A stretch of 64,000 nt of DNA from Caulobacteraceae bacterium (lineage in GTDB: Bacteria; Pseudomonadota; Alphaproteobacteria; Caulobacterales; Caulobacteraceae): NCBI GenBank assembly GCA_019247715.1, contig JAFBAO010000107.1, positions 24,377-88,376 on the forward strand. The letters are read 5' to 3'. The notes under the pieces were generated by a model that was given only the letters and a program-made list of their open reading frames with translations, searched no databases and was not told the DNA's origin. The position numbers and the translations under genes were made by a program. Positions 22,211 through 34,603 of this stretch are shown in pieces; positions within the stretch are counted from its first letter, which is position 1, and every line of letters starts with the position of its first letter.

Positions 22211-23289
22211 CAGGTCCTGCGCCAGAGCAGGCAGGCGTCTCCGTACGAATAGAAGCGGTAGCCCGTCGCGATCGCATGGGCGTAGGCCGTCCGCATGGCC
22301 GCGAGCCCGCCAAAGGCGCTGACCAGCATGAAGAGCGTCGAGCGCGGCAGGTGAAAGTTGGTCACCAGCGCCTCGGCGGTCCGGAAGCGGTAGCCGGGGG
22401 CGATGAAGAGCGAGGTCTCGCCGGCGAAGGCGCCCAGGGCTCCGGCGGCGTCCGCCGCGCTCTCCAGCAGCCGCAGCGCCGTGGTGCCGACCGCGACGAT
22501 CCGGCCCCCCGCCCTGCGCGCCGCGTTCAGAGCCTCGGCCGTGGCGCCTGACACCATTCCGAACTCCGGATGCATCCGGTGGCCCTCCACCTCCTCGGTC
22601 TTCACCGGCAGGAAGGTCCCGGCCCCGACGTGCAGGGTGACGAAATGCAAGGTGACGCCGCGCGCCTTCAGGGCTTCCATCAGGGCCTCGGTAAAATGGA
22701 GGCCGGCGGTGGGCGCGGCCACCGATCCCTCGGTGCGCGCGAAAACGGTCTGATAGTCGCGCCGATCGGCCTCGTCCTCCGGGCGACGGCCGGCGATGTA
22801 GGGCGGCAAGGGCATGACGCCGCGTTCGGCGACGGCCAGATCGAGGTCGGGACCGGCGAGATCGAAGGCCAGCGTCACCTCGCCGTCCTCGCCCTTGCCC
22901 GTCACCGTGGCCGCCAGAACCGACAGCAGGCAGGCCCGGTCCTCGGGCTGGCCGAACACGATCCGGTCGCCGGCCCTCAGGCGGCGACCCGGCTTTGCGA
23001 ACGCCGTCCACCGCGACGGGGAGAGTCGGCGGTGGAGGGTCGCCTCCAGGGCGACCGGGGGCGCCCCTTCCCGGCGGCGCGCGCCCCGCAGCCGCGCGGG
23101 AATCACGCGGGTGTCGTTGAGCACCAGCGCGTCGCCCGGACGCAGCAGGGCGGGCAGGTCGCCGAACCGACGGTCCTCCAGCGATCCCTCCGGGCCCACC
23201 GTCAGCAGCCGCGCCGCGTCCCTCGGCTCGCAGGGGCGCAGCGCGATCCGGTCTTCCGGCAGCTCGAAATCGAAATCCGAAAGGCGCAC
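22210..23289 (-). CDS. queA: S-adenosylmethionine:tRNA ribosyltransferase-isomerase
   Basis: [58 protein letters not shown]. Confidence 0.97.
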   Translation of the reverse strand: MRLSDFDFELPEDRIALRPCEPRDAARLLTVGPEGSLEDRRFGDLPALLRPGDALVLNDTRVIPARLRGARRREGAPPVALEATLHRRLSPSRWTAFAKPGRRLRAGDRIVFGQPEDRACLLSVLAATVTGKGEDGEVTLAFDLAGPDLDLAVAERGVMPLPPYIAGRRPEDEADRRDYQTVFARTEGSVAAPTAGLHFTEALMEALKARGVTLHFVTLHVGAGTFLPVKTEEVEGHRMHPEFGMVSGATAEALNAARRAGGRIVAVGTTALRLLESAADAAGALGAFAGETSLFIAPGYRFRTAEALVTNFHLPRSTLFMLVSAFGGLAAMRTAYAHAIATGYRFYSYGDACLLWRRT

Positions 23290-23302
23290 GGGCGCCGGGG
23301 CG

Positions 23303-23761
23303 TCAGCCGGCGTCCGCCACCCGCATGGAGACGATCTTGCCCGGGGCGCGGGGCGGCTCGCCCTTCGGCAGGGCGTCCACATGCTCCATGCCTTGGGTGA
23401 CCTCGCCCCAGACGGTGTACTGGCCGTCCAGGAAGGTGGCGTCGTCGAAGCAGATGAAGAACTGGCTGTTGGCGGAATGCGGGTTGGAGGTGCGCGCCAT
23501 GGAGCAGACCCCGCGCACATGCGGCGCGCTCGAGAACTCGGACTTCAGGTCCGGCTTGTCGGAGCCGCCTCGGCCGGTGCCGCTGGGATCCCCACCCTGG
23601 GCCATGAACCCTTGGATCACCCGATGAAAGACCACCCCGTCGTAGAAGCCCTCCCCCGCCAGCTCCTTGATCCTGGCCACGTGGCCGGGGGCGAGATCGG
23701 GGCGCAGCCGGATGGTCACCGGCCCGGATTCGAGCGTCATGATCAGGGTGTCATCGGACAT
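23303..23761 (-). CDS. Cyclophilin-type peptidyl-prolyl isomerase
   Basis: [44 protein letters not shown]. Confidence 0.94.
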   Translation of the reverse strand: MSDDTLIMTLESGPVTIRLRPDLAPGHVARIKELAGEGFYDGVVFHRVIQGFMAQGGDPSGTGRGGSDKPDLKSEFSSAPHVRGVCSMARTSNPHSANSQFFICFDDATFLDGQYTVWGEVTQGMEHVDALPKGEPPRAPGKIVSMRVADAG

Positions 23762-23852
23762 CGGAACGTCTCTGGTGGGGTGGGAAGCGCCTTCTAGACG
23801 GCTTCCCGACGGCTGTCGCCCCTTGCGTCGCCGGCGTCCATCGACTATCGAC

Positions 23853-23871
23853 ATTTAACATTATGATTAAG
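23853..23871. promoter_or_regulatory. Putative ArsR-family operator (imperfect palindrome)
   Basis: ATTTAACATTATGATTAAG: AT-rich TTAA-N8-TTAA directly before the ArsR gene in 70% GC context. Confidence 0.55.
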
Positions 23872-23880
23872 CGTTCGGGG

Positions 23881-24246
23881 ATGCCGCCGATGGCGCAGGG
23901 CGCATCGAGCCAACCGGCGAGTGTCGGCGCCGATCGCCTCAGTCTGGCGCTTGCGGCCCTCGCCCATCCGGTCAGGCGCGATCTGCTCGCCCTGATCGAG
24001 GCGCGCCCGCAGCGGGTCACCGAACTCGCATCCGGCTTTTCGATCTCGCTTCCGGCGGTCTCGCGACACCTGAAGGTGCTGGAGACGGCGGGCCTGGTGC
24101 AGCGGACGATCGATGGCCGCGACCATTTCATCGCCCGGCGAGAGGCGGGGCTGGAGCCGGTGGCCGACTGGGTCGCCCGCCAATCGGGCGACTGGGCGAG
24201 GCGGCTTTTCGCCCTGAAAGGGCTGCTGGAGCGGGCCGGTGGCTGA
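23881..24246 (+). CDS. ArsR/SmtB family transcriptional regulator
   Basis: ALAHPVRRDLL, ISLPAVSRHLKVLETAGLV. Confidence 0.9.
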   Translation: MPPMAQGASSQPASVGADRLSLALAALAHPVRRDLLALIEARPQRVTELASGFSISLPAVSRHLKVLETAGLVQRTIDGRDHFIARREAGLEPVADWVARQSGDWARRLFALKGLLERAGG

Positions 24247-24670
24247 AACGACGCCCTATCGGGTCACCGCCTCGATCGAGATCGCCGCCGATCCGAGCGC
24301 CGCGTTCAGGGCCTGGCTGGACCCGGCGCAGGCCGCCCGCTTCCTCGCCGCCGGCGAGACGCAAGTGGCGCAGGCCGAGATCGATGCGCGCGAAGGCGGC
24401 GCCTTCCGGATCGTCATGGAGGGCGAGGAAGGGCGCTACGAGCACCACGGGCGCTATGTCCTCATCGACCCGCCACGGCGGCTCGTGTTCACCTGGATTT
24501 CGGCCGGAACCGATTGGCGCCTCAGCCTGGTCACGATCCGCTTCAGGCCGATCGCCGGCGGCGTACGGATCGACCTCGAGCACGAAGGCCTCCCCGACAG
24601 CGAACGCGCCGGCCGTCACCAGCGCGGCTGGCGGACCATTCTGGAGAAGCTCGTACGAGCTGGCCTTTGA
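24239..24670 (+). CDS. SRPBCC/AHSA1 domain protein
   Basis: IDAREGGAFRI, GRYVLIDPPRRLVFTW, HQRGWRTILEKL. Confidence 0.88.
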   Translation: MAETTPYRVTASIEIAADPSAAFRAWLDPAQAARFLAAGETQVAQAEIDAREGGAFRIVMEGEEGRYEHHGRYVLIDPPRRLVFTWISAGTDWRLSLVTIRFRPIAGGVRIDLEHEGLPDSERAGRHQRGWRTILEKLVRAGL

Positions 24671-24683
24671 AAGGAGCACCCCG

Positions 24684-25370
24684 ATGAGCGTTTCCGATGC
24701 GAGCCCAATTCACGGCGTCCGGTTTCCGGGCGAGAGCGACGACTACCGCCAGGCCCGCGACCGCCTGCTGGAAAGCGAGATCGCCCTTCGCCGGCAGATC
24801 GAGGCGGTCGCGGCCCAGCGCCGCGCTCTTCCCCCCGGCGGCCCGACGCCGGAAGACTATGTGTTCGAGGAGGGCGATGAGGCGCGATCCGTCCGGCTCT
24901 CCGAGCTGTTCGGCGGCAAGCAAACCCTGATCCTCTACAGCTACATGTTCGGTCCTCGAATGGAGCGGCCCTGCCCATCCTGCACCTCCATCCTCGACGC
25001 CCTGGATGGCGAAGCGGCGCACATCACCCAGCGCGTCGCCCTGGCGGTGGCGGCCCGCTCGCCGATCGCCAGGATCCGCCAATTCGCGGCCGAACGCGGC
25101 TGGCGGCGGCTGCGGCTCGTCTCCTCGGCCAACAACCGGTACCATTCGGACTACCACGGCGAGAGCGTCGACGGGGCCCAACAGCCGATCCTCAACGTCT
25201 TCACGCGCGAGGGCGCCACGATCCGGCACCGCTACGCGAGCGAGCTGATGTTCGCGCCGCGCGACCCAGGGCAAGACCCGCGGCACGTGGACGCGATCTG
25301 GCCGCTCTGGAGCGCCTTGGACCTCACGCCCGAGGGACGAGGCGAGTTTCAACCGAAGCTGGCGTACTGA
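24684..25370 (+). CDS. DUF899 family thioredoxin-like protein
   Basis: LLESEIALRRQIEAVAAQRRALP, LSELFGGKQTLILY..MFGP, CPSC, WPLWSALDLTPEGR. Confidence 0.85.
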   Translation: MSVSDASPIHGVRFPGESDDYRQARDRLLESEIALRRQIEAVAAQRRALPPGGPTPEDYVFEEGDEARSVRLSELFGGKQTLILYSYMFGPRMERPCPSCTSILDALDGEAAHITQRVALAVAARSPIARIRQFAAERGWRRLRLVSSANNRYHSDYHGESVDGAQQPILNVFTREGATIRHRYASELMFAPRDPGQDPRHVDAIWPLWSALDLTPEGRGEFQPKLAY

Positions 25371-26800
25371 GCGGCCGCCGGCCGGAGCGCGAAACCGAAG
25401 GCCTCGTCGATGATCGCGAAAAAGCGGCGGGCCGCCTCGTCCCAGTCCGGATGGGTGAACCGTTCGCGGATGGCGGCCTCGAACGGGGCCCGCGCAGCGG
25501 GATTCAGGATCCACGCCCGCAACATGTCGCGCCAGGCGTCCTCGTCGCGGGCCGGAAGCACCGGCGAGAACTCGCCCACCACCTCGGGGAGCGATCCGCC
25601 GTCCGAGGCGATCACCGCCTTCCCGCGGGCGAAAGCCTCCACCACCGGCAGGCCGTAGCCCTCGTAGAGCGACGGATAGAGGCAGAAGGCGCAGGCGCGG
25701 TAGAGGCGGTCCAGCGACTCGTCGTCGACCTGACGCAGGCGAACCAAAGATCCGGCGATGCGTGGATCACCGGCGAGCGAAGCCTCCAGGGAGGCCATGC
25801 TCCATCCTGGGCGGCCCACGAACGCCAGCTTGAAACCGGCGGCCTGAGGGACTCCCTCCTCCAGAAGCCGAAGCCAAGCCCGATAGAGCATCTCGTGGCC
25901 CTTGCGTGGCTCGAGGGTGCTGACGAAGAGGGCGAAACGGCCGTCCTCTAGTCCCGCCGGGAGGGGCGTCGCCGCGCCGGCGTGCTTCATCGCGGAGGGA
26001 TCGGCGCCCAGGGGAAAGATCGCCGACTTGCCGAGAGCCTGCCCCAGCGCCTCGCAATAGGCGGCGGCGTCGCCGGCTACGGCTTTCGAGTTGAAAATGA
26101 GGAGATCGGCGGCCGGCAGGCAGGCGCGCCAGTACCTGGCCATTCGCTCGGCGTCGCCTGCCTGGAAGAACTCGGGGAACATCACGGCGATGATGTCGTA
26201 GCAAAGCACCGCCAACCGGAAGCCGCGCTCCGCCTTCAGCCGCAAGATCGCCTCGAGATCGCTGTCGCCCCAGCCGTGTCCGGCGCACACGAGCACGTCG
26301 CCGGGTCCAAAATCGATGAGGCCGGCGAGAGCCATGTCGCGGGGTACGAAATCGCGTCGGGCGCCGTCGGTCCTGACCATCCAAGATCGATTTCGATCGG
26401 TCATCAGTCGACGCTGGATCGCGTCGGCCCACCGCCTCCAACTCGGCCCTTGGGTCAGCCGTATCCGTTCGAGGATGCGAAGCGCCATCCGGCGCGGCCG
26501 CAACGCCGCCCGGATAGGACCAGGAAGGCGCGTCCGGGAGGGCTTGCGGTTCTCGGCGAGATCCGTGAGAGGCCAGGTGTCGAGCGCGGCCTGTTCGATG
26601 GCGAAGGCGTCCCGGTACCCAGGCTTGAAGCCGCGGTATCCCATCAGCCCGGGGTCGAACACGGCGAATACCGTCTCGGGCGCGTTCTTGGCCGCCCAGG
26701 CGGCCAGTTCGCGCTGGCAGCGGATGATGCCAGCCGGGGGACCGCTCCAGCGCGCGCAGGCCGATAGGTCAAAAATGAGCCGGCCGCGGGGCTCGTTCAT
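25349..26800 (-). CDS. Glycosyltransferase family 4 (polysaccharide/O-antigen type)
   Basis: VSTLEPRKGH, LYPSLYEGYGLPVVEAF, SLPEVVG. Confidence 0.85.
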   Translation of the reverse strand: MNEPRGRLIFDLSACARWSGPPAGIIRCQRELAAWAAKNAPETVFAVFDPGLMGYRGFKPGYRDAFAIEQAALDTWPLTDLAENRKPSRTRLPGPIRAALRPRRMALRILERIRLTQGPSWRRWADAIQRRLMTDRNRSWMVRTDGARRDFVPRDMALAGLIDFGPGDVLVCAGHGWGDSDLEAILRLKAERGFRLAVLCYDIIAVMFPEFFQAGDAERMARYWRACLPAADLLIFNSKAVAGDAAAYCEALGQALGKSAIFPLGADPSAMKHAGAATPLPAGLEDGRFALFVSTLEPRKGHEMLYRAWLRLLEEGVPQAAGFKLAFVGRPGWSMASLEASLAGDPRIAGSLVRLRQVDDESLDRLYRACAFCLYPSLYEGYGLPVVEAFARGKAVIASDGGSLPEVVGEFSPVLPARDEDAWRDMLRAWILNPAARAPFEAAIRERFTHPDWDEAARRFFAIIDEAFGFALRPAAAQYASFG

Positions 26801-26808
26801 CTCAGAGT

Positions 26809-29530
<2,722 letters not shown>

Positions 29531-29600
29531 CTAGCGGCTGGCCCCGTTCATAGGAGCCGCTTCTAGGCGAATTTCGTGAAGAGCAGGCTAAGCCGCGGAG

Positions 29601-30440
29601 CTACGCCAGCGTGGCGCCTTCGAGGCGCTCGAGGATGCGCAAGGGCGAGGCCGCCTGGTCATGCAGCGCCTGCACCGGCAGGTAGAAGGTCTGCTCCATC
29701 GCACCCCGGCCGCTCAACGCCGCGTGGGGGGTCTGATCGGTGAACACCACCCAGGTCGCGCCTGCGGGGAAGTCCAAGATCCGGCGCGGCGCCGAGGTCT
29801 GATAGACCTCGTCGCGCTTGGCCGCATCGTGCAGGCCGAGCATCAGCTGGTCGTAGTGCGTCCGGCGGGCCTTGGTGAGCCGCAGGCCCTCGAGCAAGGC
29901 GGCCTCCCCCGGAAGGAGCCGGCGGCGGAGCCGGCCGCGGAACCGTCGCGCATGGTCCTCGAACGCCTCGCCGACCGCCCAGCGGCGGGGGCGCCCGGCC
30001 GGGTCGATGTTGCTGAAGACCCGCAAGATCCGCCGGCCGCCCACGGGTTGAGAGGTGAAGGCGTCCACATGCAGGCGCCGGTCGTCCTTGCGCCAGCTGC
30101 GCGGCTCGGCCTCGACCGCCCTGAGCCGCAAACTGGTCCGCCCGACCTCCAGCCGTGCGGCGTAGGCGGGTAGGCGCTCGTCGACCAGCGCCCGCGACCA
30201 GGCGGCGTAGCGGGCCATGAGGCCGCGCAGGGTCTCGATCCGGCCAGGGTCGGCGTCCACTCCGTCGATCCCGCCGGTTTGCGGATGGTAGCTGATGTTC
30301 TTGGCGCGGCTCGCGTCCCGCTCCTCGCCGGCGAGCGCGCGCTCCGGCTCGGTGAGCCGAAACGTCGCCGACTCGATGCGCAGCAGCCCCTCGCGTTCGA
30401 GCCGGGGACCCAGATCCTCGCCGGCGTCGCCAGAAGTCAT
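29601..30440 (-). CDS. kdoO: Kdo 3-hydroxylase (KdoO family, Fe/2-oxoglutarate dioxygenase)
   Basis: WRKDDRRLHVDAF.SQP..GRRILRVFSNI, HYDQLML.LHDAAK, WVVFTDQTPHAALSG...EQTF. Confidence 0.8.
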   Translation of the reverse strand: MTSGDAGEDLGPRLEREGLLRIESATFRLTEPERALAGEERDASRAKNISYHPQTGGIDGVDADPGRIETLRGLMARYAAWSRALVDERLPAYAARLEVGRTSLRLRAVEAEPRSWRKDDRRLHVDAFTSQPVGGRRILRVFSNIDPAGRPRRWAVGEAFEDHARRFRGRLRRRLLPGEAALLEGLRLTKARRTHYDQLMLGLHDAAKRDEVYQTSAPRRILDFPAGATWVVFTDQTPHAALSGRGAMEQTFYLPVQALHDQAASPLRILERLEGATLA

Positions 30441-30537
30441 CAGCGCCTCCCGCGGCCGACCCGCGCATTCGCATCCACCAAGGGCGGTTCTAGCAGATCG
30501 CGCCGCGGCGCGAGAGGCCATCGCTTCGGGCGCCCGA

Positions 30538-31200
30538 TCAGCCTTGCCGCGCGCTCCGTTCGGCGAGTCCCTCGACGATCGCCGCGTTGAACGCCGCCAC
30601 CGCCGCGGCCGGACCCTGTGGATAGGACCACACGCCGGCGCTGACCGCCAGGAAGTCCGCGCCGGCCGCCACCAGGGGGCGGCAATTCTCCACCGTGATT
30701 CCACCGATGGCGACGCAGGGAGCCGTCATGGTCTCGTGCCAGATCTCCAGGATCTCCGGCTCGGCGCGGGCCTTGGCATCCTTGGTCCGGGTGGGAAAGA
30801 AGGCCCCGAAGGCGACGTAGTCGGCGCCCGCCTCGGCCGCCTCCATGGCCAGATGGCGGCTCGCGTGACAGGTGACCCCCACGATCCGGTGCGGACCGAC
30901 CAGCCGTCTGGCTTCGGTGTAGGACCCATCGTCCTGGCCGATGTGGACGCCGTCGCATGCCCACCGGGCGGCGAGGTCGGGCCGGTCGTTGAGGATGATG
31001 GCGATCTCGCGGGCCAGGGCCATGGGTCGGACGACGTCGACCACCGCCTCCAGCAGCGCCTCGGGCGCCCCCTTCAGCCGGATCTGCAGCGCCCCCACGT
31101 CGCCGGCCTCGAGAGCCTCGCCGAGGGCGAGCCCGAACTTCGCGATATCCTCGATCGCGGGCGGGGTGATCAGATAGAGGCGGCAGGCGGGGACGCTCAC
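30538..31200 (-). CDS. thiE: Thiamine phosphate synthase
   Basis: [51 protein letters not shown]. Confidence 0.9.
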   Translation of the reverse strand: MSVPACRLYLITPPAIEDIAKFGLALGEALEAGDVGALQIRLKGAPEALLEAVVDVVRPMALAREIAIILNDRPDLAARWACDGVHIGQDDGSYTEARRLVGPHRIVGVTCHASRHLAMEAAEAGADYVAFGAFFPTRTKDAKARAEPEILEIWHETMTAPCVAIGGITVENCRPLVAAGADFLAVSAGVWSYPQGPAAAVAAFNAAIVEGLAERSARQG

Positions 31201-31209
31201 GCCCGCCGC

Positions 31210-32238
31210 TCAGGCCGCTTTTTCCAACGCCCCTTCCCACTTGCCGAGGCTGGCCAGGCCGTTCATCCGAGCCCGATGCGCGAAGGCGCGCTGGGCGGCC
31301 GGAACGTTCTCGACCTTGCCGCCCCAGGTGGTGAGGGGGGCGTGCTGGAGGGCCCGGCCGTAGGAGAAGGTGAGATTCCAGGGCAAGCTGCCGATCCGGT
31401 TCATGGCGTCGAGATGGGCGGTGGCTTCCTCGTCGCTCTGGCCGCCCGACAGGAAGGCGATTCCGGGCACGGAGGCGGGCACGCAGTCCTTGAGCACCGC
31501 GACGGTGCGCCGGGCGACCTCGTCCGCCGAGTTCTTGGCGCCGCTCTTCTTGCCGGCGATGACCATGTTGGGCTTCAGCACCATGGCCTCCAGCGCCACC
31601 CGCTGTTCGAACAGCTCCTCGAATACCGTGTTCAGCACCCAGCGGGTGACGGCCTCGCAGCGCTCGATGTCGTGGTCGCCGTCCATCAGCACCTCGGGCT
31701 CGACGATCGGAACGATCTCGTGGGCCTGGCAAATGGCGGCGTAACGGGCGAGGGCGTGGGCGTTGGCCTTGACCGCGCTCCAGGTCGGCACGCCCGCGCC
31801 GATGTCGATCACGGCCCGCCACTTGGCGAACCTGGCCCCCTGCTCACGGTCCCGGTCCAGGCGCTCCCCAAGGCCGTCGAGGCCCTCGGTGATCGTCTCC
31901 CCCGGGAAACCCGGCAGCGGCTTGGTTCCCTTGTCGACCTTGATCCCTGGGACAGCGCCCGCCCGGACGATCAACTCCACGAGCGGCGTTCCGCTGCGGT
32001 CGGCGGCGTTCTGGTAGAGAGTCTCCTCGTAGAGGATCACGCCCGAGATGTGCTCCTTCATCGCCGTCTCGGCGCGGAACAGCATCTCGCGGTAGTCGCG
32101 GCGGGCCGTCTCGGTGGACTGAAGACCGATCGCGTCGAACCGCTTCTTGATCGTCCCGGTCGATTCGTCGGCGGCCAGTATGCCCTTGCCGGGCGCCACC
32201 AGTTTCTCGGCCACTTGCTTCAGAGCCGGCAGATCCAT
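31210..32238 (-). CDS. fba: Class I fructose-bisphosphate aldolase
   Basis: GKGILAADES, AKWRAV, VPIVEPEV, LKPNMV, FLSGGQS, FSYGRALQ. Confidence 0.95.
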   Translation of the reverse strand: MDLPALKQVAEKLVAPGKGILAADESTGTIKKRFDAIGLQSTETARRDYREMLFRAETAMKEHISGVILYEETLYQNAADRSGTPLVELIVRAGAVPGIKVDKGTKPLPGFPGETITEGLDGLGERLDRDREQGARFAKWRAVIDIGAGVPTWSAVKANAHALARYAAICQAHEIVPIVEPEVLMDGDHDIERCEAVTRWVLNTVFEELFEQRVALEAMVLKPNMVIAGKKSGAKNSADEVARRTVAVLKDCVPASVPGIAFLSGGQSDEEATAHLDAMNRIGSLPWNLTFSYGRALQHAPLTTWGGKVENVPAAQRAFAHRARMNGLASLGKWEGALEKAA

Positions 32239-32253
32239 CGTCGTTTGCCTCGC

Positions 32254-33465
32254 CTAGTCCTTCCGCGGCGCTTTCAGCGCCTCCACGCCGGGCAGCACCT
32301 TGCCCTCCATCCACTCGAGAAACGCGCCGCCGGCCGTGGAGACGAAGGTGAGGTCGCCCGCCACGCCAGCCGCGTTCAGCGCCGCCACCGTATCACCGCC
32401 CCCGGCGACGGCCACTAGACGTCCGGCCTTGGCCAGGGCGGCCGCATGGCGCGCCGCGGCCATGGTGCCCTGATCGAAGGGCGGAACCTCGAAGACGCCC
32501 AGCGGTCCGTTCCAGATCAGGGTCGCAGCCTTGTCCATCGCCTGGAGGAGGCGTTCGACCGTCGCCGGTCCGGCGTCCAGGATCCGCTCATGGGGGTCGA
32601 TCTCACCCAGCCGGCGCGTGCGCGCCGCCGCCTGGGGCGTCGCCTGCTCGGCGACCACGATGTCGATCGGCAGCAGGATCTCGCAATGGCGCGCCTCGGC
32701 GAAGGCGAGGACTCCGCGAGCCTCGCCTTCCAGCTCCGGCTCGCAATAGGACGCGCCTACCGGCCAGCCCTGGGCGGCGAGGAAGGTGTTGGCCATGCCT
32801 CCGCCGATGGCGAGCTGATCGAGCTTGAGGATCAGGTTGTGCAGCAGGTCGAACTTGGTCGACACCTTTGAGCCGCCCACGATCCCCAGCACCGGCCGTT
32901 TGGGCGCGCCGAGCGCCGCGTGCAGCGCCTCCAGCTCACGGCGCATCGCCTCGCCGGCGTAGGCAGGCAGGAGATGAGCGAGCGCTTCGGTGGAGGCATG
33001 CGCCCGGTGGGCGGCGGAGAAGGCGTCGTTCACATAGAGATCGCCGTTTTGGGCGAGGGCCTTGGCGAAGTCCGGGTCGTCAGCTTCCTCGCCGGCATGG
33101 AAGCGCAGATTCTCCATCAGGAGCACGTCGCCCGACGCCATGCCCCGCACCGCCGCGGCGGCCGCCTCGCCGACGCAATCGTCGACGAAGCCGACCGGCC
33201 GGCCGAGCAGCTTCGCCAGCGGCCCGACCACGGGCCGGAGGCTCATGAAGGAGACCCGCTTGCCCTTCGGACGGTCGAAATGGGACAGGAGGACGATCTT
33301 CGCGCCGCCGGCGCGGAGCCTCTCGATCGTGGGGATGGAGGTTCGAAGCCGGGTGTCATCGCTGACGGCGCCGTCCTTCAATGGCACGTTGAAGTCCGCC
33401 CGGACCAGGGCGCGGCGGCCATCGACATCGACGCCGTCGAGGGTGCGGAACTCCATCGCCTTCAC
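32254..33465 (-). CDS. pgk: Phosphoglycerate kinase
   Basis: VRADFNVP, LMENLRFH, NDAFSAAHRAH, GGSKVSTK, WNGPLGVFE, STAGGAFLE. Confidence 0.97.
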   Translation of the reverse strand: MKAMEFRTLDGVDVDGRRALVRADFNVPLKDGAVSDDTRLRTSIPTIERLRAGGAKIVLLSHFDRPKGKRVSFMSLRPVVGPLAKLLGRPVGFVDDCVGEAAAAAVRGMASGDVLLMENLRFHAGEEADDPDFAKALAQNGDLYVNDAFSAAHRAHASTEALAHLLPAYAGEAMRRELEALHAALGAPKRPVLGIVGGSKVSTKFDLLHNLILKLDQLAIGGGMANTFLAAQGWPVGASYCEPELEGEARGVLAFAEARHCEILLPIDIVVAEQATPQAAARTRRLGEIDPHERILDAGPATVERLLQAMDKAATLIWNGPLGVFEVPPFDQGTMAAARHAAALAKAGRLVAVAGGGDTVAALNAAGVAGDLTFVSTAGGAFLEWMEGKVLPGVEALKAPRKD

Positions 33466-33466
33466 C

Positions 33467-34480
33467 CTAGGCGAGCTTCCCCATGGCCAGGGCCACGTCG
33501 GCCATGCGGGTCGAGAAGCCCCATTCGTTGTCGTACCAGGAAAGCACCCGGACCAGCCGGCCGCCGACCACCTGGGTGAGGGGAAGAGCGGCCGTGGACG
33601 AGGCGTCCACGTGGTTCAGGTCGACCGAGACCAGCGGTTCCTTGGTGACCGCGAGGATCCCGTGAAGCGGGCCGGCGCCGGCGGCCCGCGCGAGCGCCTC
33701 GTTCACCTCATCCTTGGACGTCTCGCGCCCGGCGATGATCTTGAGGTCCACCACCGAGACGTTCGGGGTGGGCACCCGGATCGCCGCGCCGTCCAGCTTG
33801 CCGGCGAGCTCGGGAATGACGAGGCCGATCGCCTTCGCCGCCCCGGTGGAGGTGGGGATCATCGACGTCGCCGCCGCGCGGCCCCGGTAGAGGTCGCTGT
33901 GCAAGGTGTCGAGTGTCGGCTGGTCGCCGGTGTAGGCGTGGACCGTGGTCATGAACCCGCTTTCGACGCCGACGGTGTCCAGCAGCACCTTGGCGATCGG
34001 CGCCAGGCAGTTGGTGGTGCACGAGCCGTTTGAGACCACCCGATCGTCGTTGTTCAAGGTCTGATGGTTGACCCCGAAGACGATCGTCCGATCGGCCGCA
34101 TCGCAAGGCGCCGAGACCAGAACCCGGCGTGCGCCCGCGGCCAGGTGAGCGCTCGCCTTGTCCTTGGTGGTGAAAAGCCCGGTGCACTCCAGGGCGATGT
34201 CGACGCCAAGCTCCTTGTGCGGGAGCTGCGGGGGGTCGCGGATGGCGGTGACCTTGATCTTGCCGCCGTGGCCGATGTCGATGCTGTCGCCCGCCACCTC
34301 GACCTTGCCTGGATAGCGGCCATGCACGGAATCGTAGCGGAGCAGGTGGGCGTTGGTCTCGACTGGGCCGAGATCGTTGATGGACACGACCTCGATATCC
34401 GAGCGGCCGTGCTCGACGATGGAGCGCAGGACCAGCCGGCCGATGCGGCCAAAGCCGTTAATGGCGACGCGCAACGGCAT
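33467..34480 (-). CDS. gap: Glyceraldehyde-3-phosphate dehydrogenase (type I)
   Basis: AINGFGRIGR, SNGSCTTNCLAP, PTSTGAAKA, WYDNEWG. Confidence 0.97.
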   Translation of the reverse strand: MPLRVAINGFGRIGRLVLRSIVEHGRSDIEVVSINDLGPVETNAHLLRYDSVHGRYPGKVEVAGDSIDIGHGGKIKVTAIRDPPQLPHKELGVDIALECTGLFTTKDKASAHLAAGARRVLVSAPCDAADRTIVFGVNHQTLNNDDRVVSNGSCTTNCLAPIAKVLLDTVGVESGFMTTVHAYTGDQPTLDTLHSDLYRGRAAATSMIPTSTGAAKAIGLVIPELAGKLDGAAIRVPTPNVSVVDLKIIAGRETSKDEVNEALARAAGAGPLHGILAVTKEPLVSVDLNHVDASSTAALPLTQVVGGRLVRVLSWYDNEWGFSTRMADVALAMGKLA

Positions 34481-34603
34481 GGCTGCCAAGCTCCCGATCT
34501 TCCGAAGGTGGCGGGGGGTTTTGCGGCTCGCAGTGGCGAAGTCAAGCCCGCCGCGGGCGCTAACATCGCCCCCCAGCGCCCCGATGGGGGCCCGGCGGAG
34601 CGG

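Noticed and set aside
23855-23870. TTAA...TTAA read as a CtrA site
   Set aside because: Spacer is 8 nt, not 7; better explained as an ArsR operator
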